From Flavobacteriaceae bacterium (GTDB lineage: Bacteria; Bacteroidota; Bacteroidia; Flavobacteriales; Flavobacteriaceae), in the NCBI GenBank assembly GCA_013003555.1, contig JABDIV010000056.1, forward strand, positions 3,384-67,383: a stretch of 64,000 nucleotides of DNA, written 5' to 3'. The translations under genes and the position numbers were made by a program. Positions 1 through 10,391 of the stretch are shown one piece after another (position 1 is the first letter of the stretch; each line of letters opens with the position of its first letter). A model generated the notes under the pieces. The model worked only from the letters and a program-made list of their open reading frames with translations. It searched no databases and was not told the origin of the DNA.

Positions 1-2113
1 GGTAAATTGGGATCCTGAAGCACAAACAACCTTATCAGATGAGGAGGTAGTTCATATTGAACGCACCGATAAATTGTACTATGTGCGTTACCAGATTGAA
101 GGGGAGGATGCCTTCGTTACTATAGCAACCACAAGACCTGAAACCATTCTTGGAGATACGGCGGTTTGTGTTAATCCGAATGATGATCGCTTTAAAAACC
201 TTAAGGGAAAACGGGTAATAGTCCCCGTTTGTAACCGCATCGTGCCGATAATATTTGATGATTATGTCGATATGGAATTTGGTACCGGGTGCCTGAAAAT
301 CACTCCAGCCCATGATGCCAATGACAAGGAGATAGGGGAGAAACATGATTTGGAAATCATAGATATCTTAAACGATGATGGCACACTCAATAAATATGGC
401 CTGCATTACGAAGGGCAAGATAGAGAGGAAGCACGAGATGCAATAGCTGAAGAATTGGAAGAATTGGGATTCCTCGTCAAAACCGAGGATTATTTCCATA
501 AGGTTGGTACTAGCGAGCGAACCAAAGCCATAATTGAGCCTAAACTCTCTGTTCAGTGGTTTTTAAAAATGAAGGATCTGGCCAAACCTGCATTAGATCA
601 TGTTATAGATGATACCATAAGGTTCCATCCTTCAAAATTCAAAAATTCCTATCGAAACTGGATGGAAAACGTCCGGGACTGGAATATTTCACGTCAGTTG
701 TTCTGGGGTCATCGTATACCTGCTTATTTCTATGGAGATGGAGTTAATGATTTTGTCGTGGCTAAAACGGCTGATGAAGCCCTTGAGAAGGCTCGTGAAA
801 TAACTAAAGATCCGGCTTTGAAGTTGAGTAATCTCTCCCAGGATCCCGATGTTTTGGATACCTGGTTTTCGTCCTGGCTTTGGCCTATAAGCGTTTTCGA
901 TGGGATTCGACACCCCGATAACGACGATATTAATTACTATTATCCAACCGATGATTTGGTTACTGCTCCTGAGATCATGTTCTTCTGGGTGGCCCGGATG
1001 ATCATAGCCGGGTATGAATACAGAAAAGAACCGCCCTTCCGAAATGTTTATTATACCGGCATTGTTCGTGACAAGCAGGGGCGTAAAATGTCGAAATCGT
1101 TAGGGAATTCACCTGATCCGCTTGAATTGATCGAAACTTATGGTGCAGACGGCGTGCGTGTAGGTATGCTCATGTGTTCTCCGGCTGGAAACGATTTGCC
1201 GTTTGATGTCTCTCTTTGCGGCCAGGGGAAGTCTTTTGCTAATAAGATTTGGAATGCCTTCCGTCTGATTCAAGGTTGGACTGTTGAGCAAAAAGAGCAA
1301 CCTGAATATGCAAAGATCAGCCTTGAATGGTATCAAAACCGATTTAATAAAACACTTGACAACATAGAGGATCATTTTGAAAAGTTCAGAATAAGTGATG
1401 CGCTGATGGAGACCTATAAACTTATCTGGAATGATTTCTGCTCCTGGCTACTGGAAATGATTAAACCCGCCTATGGTGAAGGCATCGACCAACAGTCTTA
1501 TAATTCGGTTATCACCATCCTTGAGGATAATTTAAAAATATTGCATCCCTTTATGCCCTTTCTGACAGAAGAAATTTGGCAATACATTAAGAAGCGCAGT
1601 CCGGAAGAGGCTCTGATAATTTCTGCCTGGCCTGAAGTCGTTGAGATTGACGTTAACATCATTAAGGAATTTGAATTTGCTTCGGAAGTTATTTCGGGTA
1701 TTCGCACCATACGCAAGCAAAAAAATATCGCTTATAAAGATGGGATCGATGTTTTTATACTAAACAAAGAAAACCGTTCGACATCCTTTGATTCGGTTAT
1801 ACAGAAATTAGGAAATATCGATAAATTGGAATATACCCAAACCAAGGTAGAGAGTGCACTGACCTTTCGAGTTGGGTCTAATGAATATTTCATCCCGGTT
1901 CAGGGGAATTTAGACGTTGAGGCGGAAATAAAAAAGCTAACAGAAGAACTTGAGTATACTGAAGGTTTCCTAAGGTCGGTTCAGAAAAAACTGTCGAACG
2001 ATCGATTCGTAAATAACGCACCAGAGCAGGTTGTTTCCAGTGAGCGAAAAAAAGAAGCTGATGCTTTGGCAAAGATCGAAACCATAAAAGCCAGTTTAAA
2101 CAATCTTCAATAA
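1..2113 (+). CDS. valS: Valyl-tRNA synthetase, 3' ~2.1 kb (5' end outside window)
   Basis: The frame is open from base 2 (VNWDPEAQTTLSDEEVVHIERTDKLYYVRYQ...), so the TTG at 74 is not the true start. Class I KMSKS loop (GRKMSKSLGNSPDP), DTWFSSWLWP segment, and a C-terminal coiled coil typical of ValRS. Confidence 0.95.
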   Translation, partial: VNWDPEAQTTLSDEEVVHIERTDKLYYVRYQIEGEDAFVTIATTRPETILGDTAVCVNPNDDRFKNLKGKRVIVPVCNRIVPIIFDDYVDMEFGTGCLKITPAHDANDKEIGEKHDLEIIDILNDDGTLNKYGLHYEGQDREEARDAIAEELEELGFLVKTEDYFHKVGTSERTKAIIEPKLSVQWFLKMKDLAKPALDHVIDDTIRFHPSKFKNSYRNWMENVRDWNISRQLFWGHRIPAYFYGDGVNDFVVAKTADEALEKAREITKDPALKLSNLSQDPDVLDTWFSSWLWPISVFDGIRHPDNDDINYYYPTDDLVTAPEIMFFWVARMIIAGYEYRKEPPFRNVYYTGIVRDKQGRKMSKSLGNSPDPLELIETYGADGVRVGMLMCSPAGNDLPFDVSLCGQGKSFANKIWNAFRLIQGWTVEQKEQPEYAKISLEWYQNRFNKTLDNIEDHFEKFRISDALMETYKLIWNDFCSWLLEMIKPAYGEGIDQQSYNSVITILEDNLKILHPFMPFLTEEIWQYIKKRSPEEALIISAWPEVVEIDVNIIKEFEFASEVISGIRTIRKQKNIAYKDGIDVFILNKENRSTSFDSVIQKLGNIDKLEYTQTKVESALTFRVGSNEYFIPVQGNLDVEAEIKKLTEELEYTEGFLRSVQKKLSNDRFVNNAPEQVVSSERKKEADALAKIETIKASLNNLQ

Positions 2114-2118
2114 GGGTA

Positions 2119-2385
2119 CTAGTTGCGATACAGAAAGTAATTGTTTACCAATTCGATATATTTCTTTTTCGCTTCATCCTGGGAAATATCCTTAGCCTGA
2201 AACAAAGCATTCGTTTTAAATGCATTGATCAAAGGCTTACGGCTGCTTGGTCTGCCATAATCATTGGTAGCCTTTTTATAATAGGCGTAGAGTTTAAGCA
2301 ACACATCTGCCGGAAAAGGATCGGTATGATTATTTATCCTTTCAACGGCATTTAAAAACTTATCGTTTAATTTTTCCCCGCTCAT
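2119..2385 (-). CDS. Acyl-CoA-binding protein-like (ACBP)
   Basis: 88 aa with an ACBP-like pattern (LLKLYAYYKKAT.D...P......KA.AW-type helices). 1-nt overlap with the stop codon of the upstream psd gene. Confidence 0.55.
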   Translation of the reverse strand: MSGEKLNDKFLNAVERINNHTDPFPADVLLKLYAYYKKATNDYGRPSSRKPLINAFKTNALFQAKDISQDEAKKKYIELVNNYFLYRN

Positions 2386-3035
2386 TACTTTTCGGCAATC
2401 ACCGTTTCACCGCCTCTTACTTTTTCGTTCAATTCGACCTTAATAGTACAGTCTAAAGGTAAAAATAAATCCACCCTCGATCCAAACTTAATAAAACCTG
2501 AATCCGTACCCTGCCCGACAATGTTATCCTGTTTGGCGTAATTAACAATTCGTTTGGCTAATGCCCCGGCAATTTGCCGGTAAAGAACCTTTCCAAATGT
2601 ATTGTTTTCAACAACAACCGTCGTTCGTTCGTTCTCTTCACTAGCTTTAGGATGCCAGGCTACAAGGTATTTACCGGGATGATATTTGCTGAAGGAAATC
2701 TTACCTCCAATGGGGTAACGGGTAACGTGTACATTTAAAGGCGACATGAATACACTTACCTGGATGCGTTTATCCTGGAATATTTCGTTCTCTTCAACTT
2801 CTTCAATTACAACGACTTTACCATCCACAGGTGCCAGAACATGTTTATCATCTGCATTAATATGCCGATTAGGGTTTCTGAAAAACTGAAGTATCAATAT
2901 AAAAAGAATCAAAAAGGTAAGTTGAAGTGTTATTTCCAACCATCTTAAGTCGATGAACTCATCGATTAGAAAAAAAACGGCGACCACAATTACAAGCGAT
3001 GCAAATATTATTTTATGTCCTTCTTTATGAAACAT
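2385..3035 (-). CDS. psd: Phosphatidylserine decarboxylase proenzyme (short bacteroidetal type)
   Basis: 216 aa with an N-terminal TM helix and a C-terminal IKFGSRVDLFLP motif. Lies directly downstream of cdsA and overlaps it. Confidence 0.8.
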   Translation of the reverse strand: MFHKEGHKIIFASLVIVVAVFFLIDEFIDLRWLEITLQLTFLILFILILQFFRNPNRHINADDKHVLAPVDGKVVVIEEVEENEIFQDKRIQVSVFMSPLNVHVTRYPIGGKISFSKYHPGKYLVAWHPKASEENERTTVVVENNTFGKVLYRQIAGALAKRIVNYAKQDNIVGQGTDSGFIKFGSRVDLFLPLDCTIKVELNEKVRGGETVIAEK

Positions 3036-3846
3036 GTTTAATCAATCTTAAAAACAAATAAATAAATGGTGCTGCAAAGATAATACTATCGAGTCTATCG
3101 AGAATACCGCCATGGCCTGGCATGATAATGCCACTGTCTTTAACACCGGCCTGTCTTTTAAATTTCGATTCGATCAGATCGCCTAAAGTACCGAATACAC
3201 TAATGATTATCGCTAGTATTAGCCAGTTATTAAAAGTCAGATTATCGGAGTATTTCGCTATGAAATAACTACTAACACAGGCAAAAAACAATCCACCTAA
3301 AAATCCTTCAACGGTTTTCTTTGGTGAGATTTTTGGAAATAGTTTTTGTCTGCCAAAGTTCTTTCCCACCAGGTACGCAAAAGAATCATTTACCCACATA
3401 AGTATGAACGAACCTAGGATGATAACCGGCTTGAAAGTATTATTGTAATTGGCAATAAGAATAATAAAAATGAAGGCACTTGATAAATAAAAGGTGGTAT
3501 TGATATAACGGCCAGTAACAAAAGAGGGCAAGGGTCTTTCTGAGAACAAGTCTTTGATAAGGAACAATTGGACAAAAATTGTGAGCACATGCAAGATTTG
3601 AACAGCCTCATCAAAACCTTCGTATGATTTGATAAAGATTTGCCAGTACCCGAATACGACATAAAGTACAGTAAAGATCAGGTATGGCACCCAACTTTTC
3701 AACCCGATCAGTTTTTTAAACTCAGCAAGTGCAATCAGTCCGAATATAAAGAACAGAATAATTATAGCATGTTGCGACTGTAGTGATAGCAGGAACAGTG
3801 CTGCATAAAAAAATCCCGAAATGGCCCTGATCAATAATTCTTTCAC
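3025..3846 (-). CDS. cdsA: Phosphatidate cytidylyltransferase (CDP-diglyceride synthase)
   Basis: Polytopic membrane protein carrying the CDS signature SKFKRQAGVKDSGIIMPGHGGILDRLDS. Confidence 0.9.
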   Translation of the reverse strand: MKELLIRAISGFFYAALFLLSLQSQHAIIILFFIFGLIALAEFKKLIGLKSWVPYLIFTVLYVVFGYWQIFIKSYEGFDEAVQILHVLTIFVQLFLIKDLFSERPLPSFVTGRYINTTFYLSSAFIFIILIANYNNTFKPVIILGSFILMWVNDSFAYLVGKNFGRQKLFPKISPKKTVEGFLGGLFFACVSSYFIAKYSDNLTFNNWLILAIIISVFGTLGDLIESKFKRQAGVKDSGIIMPGHGGILDRLDSIIFAAPFIYLFLRLIKHVS

Positions 3847-3855
3847 ATGATTATT

Positions 3856-4464
3856 TTAAAGGTCTTCGAGCAACAGAAGGTAAAGGTCTTTGGTGCTGCT
3901 GCCATAGCTTAGAAAATCACCATCATCAGCCGCTTTAAAATGTTTGATTGTCGTGATGTTAGATGGGATTCGTTCACGATTCTTATCCTTAATGCCATGT
4001 AAGCCCTCACTTATGGTCTCAACAAATTGGCTCGTGGTTGCAAAAATAACAAAACTGGCGGGGAGATCTCTAAGTTTTTTTTCAGCGATTTGGTTAGAAG
4101 ATATCAATAATGATCCATCATTCCCGATGAGGTATTCACAGGTTGTAAAGAAGAACTGGGCTTCTGAAGTTTTCTTGGTGGATTCGAAATCAAAGGCCTT
4201 AAACCGCTCGGCTAAACGTTCGTCAAGGATCATGACTTTTTTTTCATTCCAGTCATTTTCTAACAGGATCTTTTGAAGATTCTCCTCAACCTCATTTTGA
4301 TTTTCGCAATAAAGGAATTTACCACCATTAGCCTTAAAGTTTATCGTAAATCGCTCATCGATGGGCAATTCGATCTCCGGCATGTATTTACTGCGCTCGT
4401 CGATATTGCTGCGTTCCTTGGAATCGTCCGATTTCGGGCCAAAGATTTTACGAAAAAGACTCAT
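3856..4464 (-). CDS. LUD-domain (LutC/YkgG-like) protein
   Basis: 202 aa with a LUD-like C-terminal half (FVIFATTSQFV...). Occupies the conserved bacteroidetal position between ftsH and cdsA. Family assignment is from memory of homologues. Confidence 0.5.
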   Translation of the reverse strand: MSLFRKIFGPKSDDSKERSNIDERSKYMPEIELPIDERFTINFKANGGKFLYCENQNEVEENLQKILLENDWNEKKVMILDERLAERFKAFDFESTKKTSEAQFFFTTCEYLIGNDGSLLISSNQIAEKKLRDLPASFVIFATTSQFVETISEGLHGIKDKNRERIPSNITTIKHFKAADDGDFLSYGSSTKDLYLLLLEDL

Positions 4465-4553
4465 AAAGGTATAATGCTACTAACTAATAATATCCTAGTT
4501 AATCTCAAATATATGAAAAGTATAGTTAAATAAAGGTTAAACCAATACCCGAC

Positions 4554-6494
4554 TTATTCCTCTTCATCTAAAGAACCGCGCTCTTCTTTATTGAACGGGC
4601 TTTTACCGAAAATCTTTTCAAGATTATCCTTGAATATCACCTCTTTTTCCAGAAGCTCTTCAGCCAGTTGAATCAATTTATCCTTGTTTTTCTCCAGAAT
4701 ATTAACGGCTCGGTCATATTGAGCTTCAATGATATCAGAGATCTCTCTATCAATAATTTCGGCAGTTTGTTCGCTGTATGGTTTGGTAAAACCATATTCG
4801 CTCTGGCCTGATGAGTCATAATAAGTTAGGTTCCCAACTTTTTCGCTCAAACCATAAATGGTCACCATCGCCCTGGCTTGTTTGGTCACTTTTTCAAGAT
4901 CACTAAGCGCTCCGGTTGATATTTCGTCAAAAATGACTTGTTCTGCAGCACGCCCTCCTAATGCGGCACACATCTCATCTAACATTTGCTCAGGTCGAAC
5001 GATCAGACGTTCTTCCGGAAGGTACCAGGCAGCTCCAAGGGATCGCCCGCGTGGAACAATAGTTACTTTTACAAGTGGAGCCGCATGCTCTAATAACCAA
5101 CTTACTGTAGCATGACCGGCTTCATGATAGGCCACAGCGCGTTTCTCCTCCGGGGTAACAATTTTATTCTTTTTCTCAAGTCCGCCCACGATACGATCTA
5201 CAGCATCAAGAAAATCCTGACGACCGACAAACTTTTTATCATTACGGGCAGCTATTAAAGCCGCTTCGTTACAAACGTTGGCTATATCTGCTCCTGAAAA
5301 TCCCGGTGTTTGCCTGGCCAGGAACTTGGTATCTACGGAATCGTCTTTTTTAATAGGTCGAAGATGGACTTCAAAAATCTCTTTTCGTTCACGGATATCC
5401 GGTAAGTCGACAAAAATTTGGCGGTCAAATCGTCCTGCACGCATAAGAGCCTTATCCAGAACATCGGCTCGGTTGGTCGCAGCAAGTACAATAACGTTTG
5501 TATTTGTGCCGAATCCATCCATTTCTGTCAGCAACTGGTTCAATGTATTTTCCCGTTCATCATTTGACCCCGAGAAATTGCTTTTCCCTCTAGCGCGTCC
5601 GATTGCATCGATTTCATCTATAAAAATAATCGATGGTGATTTTTCTTTTGCTTGTTTGAACAGGTCCCGGACTCGTGATGCACCAACACCTACGAACATC
5701 TCTACAAAGTCAGATCCCGACAGAGAGAAAAAAGGAACCTTTGCCTCACCGGCCACTGCTCTGGCCAATAATGTCTTTCCAGTTCCCGGAGGCCCGACAA
5801 GCAGGGCACCTTTCGGAATTTTTCCTCCCAAAGAGGTATACTTATCCGGTTTTTTTAAAAAGTCGACAATCTCCTGGATCTCTTCTTTGGCACCTTCCAA
5901 ACCTGCCACGTCCATAAAGGTAGTCTTCACTTCGGTATTCTGATCAAATAATTTAGCCTTTGATTTTCCTATGTTGAAAATCTGACCACCGGCACCACCA
6001 CCTCCACCTGATGACATGCGACGCATTATAAAAATCCAGACTCCTATTATAAGCACAAATGGTAAGAGCGTTAACAGGAAGTCTCCCCATACATTTTGTT
6101 CCGTCTCATAATTAACGACTGTTGTCAATTCGTTTGTAGATATGATTTCGCCTAAACGGTTTTCGAAGTTTTGCAGATCACCGAATTCGAACTGGTAATT
6201 TGCAGTTTGCCCCGACATTGGCAACAATTGAGGCCTAGAGGCTGTTTTATGTATATCTTTCTTTTCTGCATCGGAAGTAAGAAAAACCTTTGCTTCTCGT
6301 TTATTGACAATTTGAACCCTTTCGATATCACCTTCTTCAAGGTATTCGAAGAACTGCGATGGCGTTGTCTGGGCGCCTGTAGATCCCATCCCACCTGAAA
6401 AAATATTCACAAACAGGAAAATGGCCAGAATCAGCGCATAAATCCAGTATGAACTTATTTTAGGTTTTTTATTTATATTCTTGTTGTTTGACAT
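4554..6494 (-). CDS. ftsH: ATP-dependent zinc metalloprotease FtsH
   Basis: Two N-terminal TM helices, AAA+ Walker A (GPPGTGKT), Walker B (IIFIDEID), SRH, and the zinc site HEAGHA. Confidence 0.97.
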   Translation of the reverse strand: MSNNKNINKKPKISSYWIYALILAIFLFVNIFSGGMGSTGAQTTPSQFFEYLEEGDIERVQIVNKREAKVFLTSDAEKKDIHKTASRPQLLPMSGQTANYQFEFGDLQNFENRLGEIISTNELTTVVNYETEQNVWGDFLLTLLPFVLIIGVWIFIMRRMSSGGGGGAGGQIFNIGKSKAKLFDQNTEVKTTFMDVAGLEGAKEEIQEIVDFLKKPDKYTSLGGKIPKGALLVGPPGTGKTLLARAVAGEAKVPFFSLSGSDFVEMFVGVGASRVRDLFKQAKEKSPSIIFIDEIDAIGRARGKSNFSGSNDERENTLNQLLTEMDGFGTNTNVIVLAATNRADVLDKALMRAGRFDRQIFVDLPDIRERKEIFEVHLRPIKKDDSVDTKFLARQTPGFSGADIANVCNEAALIAARNDKKFVGRQDFLDAVDRIVGGLEKKNKIVTPEEKRAVAYHEAGHATVSWLLEHAAPLVKVTIVPRGRSLGAAWYLPEERLIVRPEQMLDEMCAALGGRAAEQVIFDEISTGALSDLEKVTKQARAMVTIYGLSEKVGNLTYYDSSGQSEYGFTKPYSEQTAEIIDREISDIIEAQYDRAVNILEKNKDKLIQLAEELLEKEVIFKDNLEKIFGKSPFNKEERGSLDEEE

Positions 6495-6503
6495 GTTTTC
6501 TTT

Positions 6504-6875
6504 TTAATAACTTGATTTTATCTCGGTTGTAACCGCATCTCCCCAGAGGCTTTCGATATCATAATATTCCCTGATATGCCTTTGAAAGACATGTACAACC
6601 ACATTCACATAATCCATTAAGACCCATTCGGCGTTGTCACTTCCTTCTACATGCCATGGTTTATCTTTGATTTCTTTACTGACTTTTTTTTGAATGGAAT
6701 TTACTATGGCGTTTACCTGTGTATTTGAAGTCCCTTCACAAATTATAAAATAGTCACAAACCGTATTATCGATGCCTCTTAAATCAAGAATGTTTATGTT
6801 TTGTCCTTTAACATCTTCAATTCCACTTAATATTACTGTTATTAACTGGTCAGCCGAACTATTTCCTTTCGTCAT
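6504..6875 (-). CDS. rsfS: Ribosome silencing factor RsfS
   Basis: 123 aa with the RsfS/IojAP pattern (DYFIICEGTSNTQVNAI ... WVLMDYVNVVVHVF). Immediately upstream of ftsH. Confidence 0.85.
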   Translation of the reverse strand: MTKGNSSADQLITVILSGIEDVKGQNINILDLRGIDNTVCDYFIICEGTSNTQVNAIVNSIQKKVSKEIKDKPWHVEGSDNAEWVLMDYVNVVVHVFQRHIREYYDIESLWGDAVTTEIKSSY

Positions 6876-6894
6876 TAAAATGCTTTAATTTGTG

Positions 6895-6902
6895 CAAAGT
6901 TA
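6895..6902 (-). promoter_or_regulatory. Candidate Bacteroidota -7 promoter box (TAACTTTG) for rsfS-ftsH
   Basis: Exact match to TAnnTTTG on the minus strand, 20 nt upstream of the rsfS ATG. No clean -33 TTG seen. Confidence 0.3.
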
Positions 6903-6969
6903 AATTTTTTTTATCTCTAAACCACTTTTGGGTTCTTAAGAATATGATAAATTCAATTTCATTATTTGC

Positions 6970-7701
6970 ATGCATATAATCAAACTTATTGCCATTGATT
7001 CCACCAATTCCTATTTAAGGGAACTGAGTTCCAAAAAGGATCTCGAGGACTTCACCGTTGTGGTCTCCGAGACTCAGAACAAAGGTAGGGGGCAGATGGG
7101 AACTATCTGGGAAAGTGAAGAAGGTAAAAACCTGACATGCAGCGTGCTTAAAGCACATTTAAACCTGAAGGCCGAAGAGGCTTTTTCGGTTAGTATGATT
7201 ACATCATTGGCCATTATTAAGGTTTTGGAACGATTCCAAATTCCCAGGTTAAGCATAAAGTGGCCGAACGACATTTTGTCAGAAGACAAGAAAATTTGTG
7301 GTATTTTAATTGAAAATTTTATTAAGAACCGCAGGGTAGAGGCTTCCATCATCGGAATCGGCCTTAACGTAAATCAAACAATTTTCCAAAATCTGCCCCA
7401 GGCTACATCTCTTAAAAATATAACCGGTCAATTATTCGACATTTCAGAATTGATGATTCATATCATTTCAGAATTGAAACTCGGGTTCAAACATGTTTCA
7501 AATGTTCAAACAGACCATATAAAATTGGAGTATGAAAGTCGTTTATTCCGAAGAGATAAACCATCTACCTTCAAGGATAAAAAGGGTCAATTTTTTCCTG
7601 GTTATATCAAGGGTATTGATAAAACCGGAAAATTGCTGATTCTGCTGGAGGATGATGTTATAAAAGCATTTGAGTTGAAATCCATTCAACTTATGTTTTA
7701 A
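6970..7701 (+). CDS. birA: Biotin-[acetyl-CoA-carboxylase] ligase (group I, no HTH)
   Basis: Biotin-binding loop GRGQMGTIWES and the KWPNDIL motif. 243 aa with no N-terminal DNA-binding domain. Confidence 0.8.
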   Translation: MHIIKLIAIDSTNSYLRELSSKKDLEDFTVVVSETQNKGRGQMGTIWESEEGKNLTCSVLKAHLNLKAEEAFSVSMITSLAIIKVLERFQIPRLSIKWPNDILSEDKKICGILIENFIKNRRVEASIIGIGLNVNQTIFQNLPQATSLKNITGQLFDISELMIHIISELKLGFKHVSNVQTDHIKLEYESRLFRRDKPSTFKDKKGQFFPGYIKGIDKTGKLLILLEDDVIKAFELKSIQLMF

Positions 7702-8093
7702 ATCGAATCGGGCATTTTTCTCACCAGTGTCTCAATAAATTTATTGATCGGACCCTTTATCATCATGGCCATCATGGGATTGAAATCGCCATTGAAAACC
7801 AGCTGAACTTCACATTGGTTATCGCTTACAGCATTTATTTGACCCGTTAATGAAAAGTCGATCTTCCCGCCCGCAGCACCGAGGACGATTCGGTTGGGAG
7901 ATTCAACCTCCTTCTTTTTCAGGATGATCTCTGGCATGCCCTTAAGCGCGAATAAAAAAGTATCTTCTTCAAGAATTTCGAACTTTTCTATACTCTCCGG
8001 CATCAATTTCTCAAAATTCTCGACATGGCTTAAAAAATTGAATACGTCAATTTGGGACCTATCAATGCCAACTTTGGGCGAGTCTAACTTCAT
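7698..8093 (-). CDS. SRPBCC-fold hypothetical protein
   Basis: 131 aa. I recall this small conserved ORF sitting next to pyrE in Flavobacteriia. Fold assignment is tentative. Confidence 0.4.
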   Translation of the reverse strand: MKLDSPKVGIDRSQIDVFNFLSHVENFEKLMPESIEKFEILEEDTFLFALKGMPEIILKKKEVESPNRIVLGAAGGKIDFSLTGQINAVSDNQCEVQLVFNGDFNPMMAMMIKGPINKFIETLVRKMPDSI

Positions 8094-8115
8094 TGTTTAG
8101 ATTTTATTTACATGA

Positions 8116-8760
8116 TCAATTAGCATTCCAAATGGCAGGATTGGCGTTCCATTCTGACAAAGTTGCCATTTCTTCCGATTTTATATATTGAGTTTGCAGG
8201 GCCTGTTGTAACAAATTCGGATAGTTACTTAACGTAAATAATTCGACCCCGGCTTCATCGAAATTGGTGTGAGCCACTTCAAATTCGTATGAAAAAACCG
8301 CGATCATACCTTTAACCTTTAATTCTGCTTCCCGTAACGCCTTAACCGCATTTAAGCTACTCTTACCAGTACTGATCAAATCTTCAATGACAACCACCTG
8401 CTGACCGGCTTCAGCAAAGCCTTCAATTTGATTTTGTCGTCCGTGTTTTTTGGGTTCAGGACGTACGTAGATAAACGGTAAGTTCATTTGTTCAGCCACC
8501 AACGCACCCATGCCGATCGCCCCGGTAGCAACACCGGCGATGACATCTGGTTTACCGTAATGATTTTCGATATGACTGGCCATTTGTTCACAGATATAAT
8601 TCCGCACATTTGGAAAAGAAAGGATAATGCGGTTATCACAATATATCGGTGATTTCCATCCCGATGCCCATGTAAATGGGTTATTCGGACTCAATTTGAT
8701 CGCATTGATCTGCATCAATAATTCTGCGGTTTTATGAGCTGTGTTTTTGTCGATGATCAT
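8116..8760 (-). CDS. pyrE: Orotate phosphoribosyltransferase
   Basis: PRPP-binding motif VVVIEDLISTGKS. Length and N-terminal region are typical of PyrE. Confidence 0.9.
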   Translation of the reverse strand: MIIDKNTAHKTAELLMQINAIKLSPNNPFTWASGWKSPIYCDNRIILSFPNVRNYICEQMASHIENHYGKPDVIAGVATGAIGMGALVAEQMNLPFIYVRPEPKKHGRQNQIEGFAEAGQQVVVIEDLISTGKSSLNAVKALREAELKVKGMIAVFSYEFEVAHTNFDEAGVELFTLSNYPNLLQQALQTQYIKSEEMATLSEWNANPAIWNAN

Positions 8761-8820
8761 AGTCGCAAAACTACTAAAAAATGCTATTTTTACGCCATCT
8801 TAAACTCCTTTTTATATTCC

Positions 8821-9405
8821 ATGGAGCAAATCTTTGTTGGAGATAAACCAATCATTCTAACTTCGAAAGTTGAGCAGGAAACCGACTTTAAAAATTATCT
8901 GCTCGACACGGTCAATATTGGAAGTGTATTGAAAGAGTTGCGATCAAAACAAATAAGTGCCATTCGGCTCATTGACCCCGACAAAACCAACCGGTTAAAA
9001 AAATTCTTAAAGTTACTTCCCAATGTTGTCGCGGCGGGTGGAAAGGTTTATAACTCCAAAGGAGAAGTATTGTTCATTTACCGAAATGATAAATGGGATC
9101 TTCCTAAAGGGAAGGCCGAAAGTGGTGAGACGATCGACAAAACAGCCATTCGTGAGGTTGAGGAAGAAACAGGGGTGCAAGGGCTTGCCATAACAAAACC
9201 CCTTGAAATGACGTATCACATCTTTAAGCGTAATGGAAAGCACAAGTTAAAGATCACCTATTGGTTCGAGATGCAAACTGAATTTGATGGTGATTTATTT
9301 CCACAAGAGAAAGAGGGTATTACCCGTGTAGAATGGCTTAACAATGACCAAATGGAGGTTGCCTTAGCCAATTCATACGCCAATATTAAGCTTTTGGTGA
9401 ATTGA
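8821..9405 (+). CDS. NUDIX hydrolase
   Basis: Nudix box GKAESGETIDKTAIREVEEETG. I prefer the ATG at 8821 (MEQIF...) because the listed start at 8734 overlaps pyrE. Confidence 0.8.
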   Translation: MEQIFVGDKPIILTSKVEQETDFKNYLLDTVNIGSVLKELRSKQISAIRLIDPDKTNRLKKFLKLLPNVVAAGGKVYNSKGEVLFIYRNDKWDLPKGKAESGETIDKTAIREVEEETGVQGLAITKPLEMTYHIFKRNGKHKLKITYWFEMQTEFDGDLFPQEKEGITRVEWLNNDQMEVALANSYANIKLLVN

Positions 9406-9423
9406 TTGTTTAATAATTCTTAA

Positions 9424-9831
9424 TTAAAAAAAATCTTCTTCACGCCCTAAAAGTGTCGTTAATTCAACCGTATGGCCATCCGGATCGCTCATATAAATAG
9501 AATGGAAATGGGTGTGGTCCTGAAAATTAAAATCAATATTTAAACTATTTAAATGATCTTGCGCTTTTATGAATGCTTCGTTACTTACGTTAAAGGCAAA
9601 ATGATCGATCTTTACGTTTTTAGAAAATTTGTCGTTGACAGGATCTTCAACCTTCGCAGGGAACAGGGCAATTCCTGATTTGTTTTTCAACATGAATACC
9701 GGGTAGTCTCCCCAGGCCTCCACACGGTAGGTCTTTAAACCAAGAACCTGCTCGTACCATTTAACCGAGGCCGCCATGTCCTTAACACGAATGGCCACAT
9801 GATCTAAATAGTTTATGTCAAAAGGGAACAT
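9424..9831 (-). CDS. VOC/glyoxalase family protein
   Basis: 135 aa with paired beta-alpha-beta-beta-beta modules (LDHVAIRVKD... / IDHFAFNV... HTVELT). Confidence 0.6.
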   Translation of the reverse strand: MFPFDINYLDHVAIRVKDMAASVKWYEQVLGLKTYRVEAWGDYPVFMLKNKSGIALFPAKVEDPVNDKFSKNVKIDHFAFNVSNEAFIKAQDHLNSLNIDFNFQDHTHFHSIYMSDPDGHTVELTTLLGREEDFF

Positions 9832-9878
9832 GTTTTATTCTAGGACTTGCTTATCAGGAGTATTATTTTCATCATAAT

Positions 9879-10337
9879 TTATTTTGATGTACGCACACTT
9901 GGCGGGACAAGTTTTGTGTAATCACCGTTATTTTGAATGACTTCACGAACGATGGAGGAGGAGATATAGGAGGTTCCGGCCGATGTAAGCAGGAATACAG
10001 TTTCAACTGGTGCAAGATCACGATTTGTATGGGCGATCGCCTTTTCAAATTCAAAATCCGCTGGATTCCGAAGGCCTCTTAATATGAAATCTGCATTAAC
10101 TTCGCGGCAAAAATCTACGGTCAATCCTTCATATACCATGACCTTGATTCCCGTTTCCTCCTTAAAAGTGTTTTCGATAAAACCTTGTCGCTCTTCAATT
10201 GAAAACATATATTTTTTTGCGGAATTAATTCCAATAGCAACAATAAGTTCATCAAACAGTGTTAAACCTCGCTTAATGATATCAACATGTCCTAAGGTTA
10301 TTGGGTCAAAAGATCCCGGAAAGATGGCCCGCTTCAT
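9879..10337 (-). CDS. coaD: Pantetheine-phosphate adenylyltransferase
   Basis: FPGSFDPITLGHVDII nucleotidyltransferase motif and ISSSIVRE near the C-terminus. 152 aa. Confidence 0.92.
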   Translation of the reverse strand: MKRAIFPGSFDPITLGHVDIIKRGLTLFDELIVAIGINSAKKYMFSIEERQGFIENTFKEETGIKVMVYEGLTVDFCREVNADFILRGLRNPADFEFEKAIAHTNRDLAPVETVFLLTSAGTSYISSSIVREVIQNNGDYTKLVPPSVRTSK

Positions 10338-10391
10338 AAAGTATGTGTCTGATTAGGAGTTGAAATTCGATTATATTATAAAAGTACACAA

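Noticed and set aside
3414-3662. 82-aa same-strand, alternative-frame ORF inside cdsA
   Set aside because: It is fully embedded in cdsA, which has the CDS signature in the main frame. There is no independent support.
5278-5943. 221-aa plus-strand ORF (with 4858-5115 and 5675-5917) antisense to ftsH
   Set aside because: It lies wholly inside, and antisense to, a gene with unambiguous FtsH motifs. The translation is low-complexity (S/R/P-rich) with no recognisable motif. This is the usual shadow ORF of a long, codon-biased gene.
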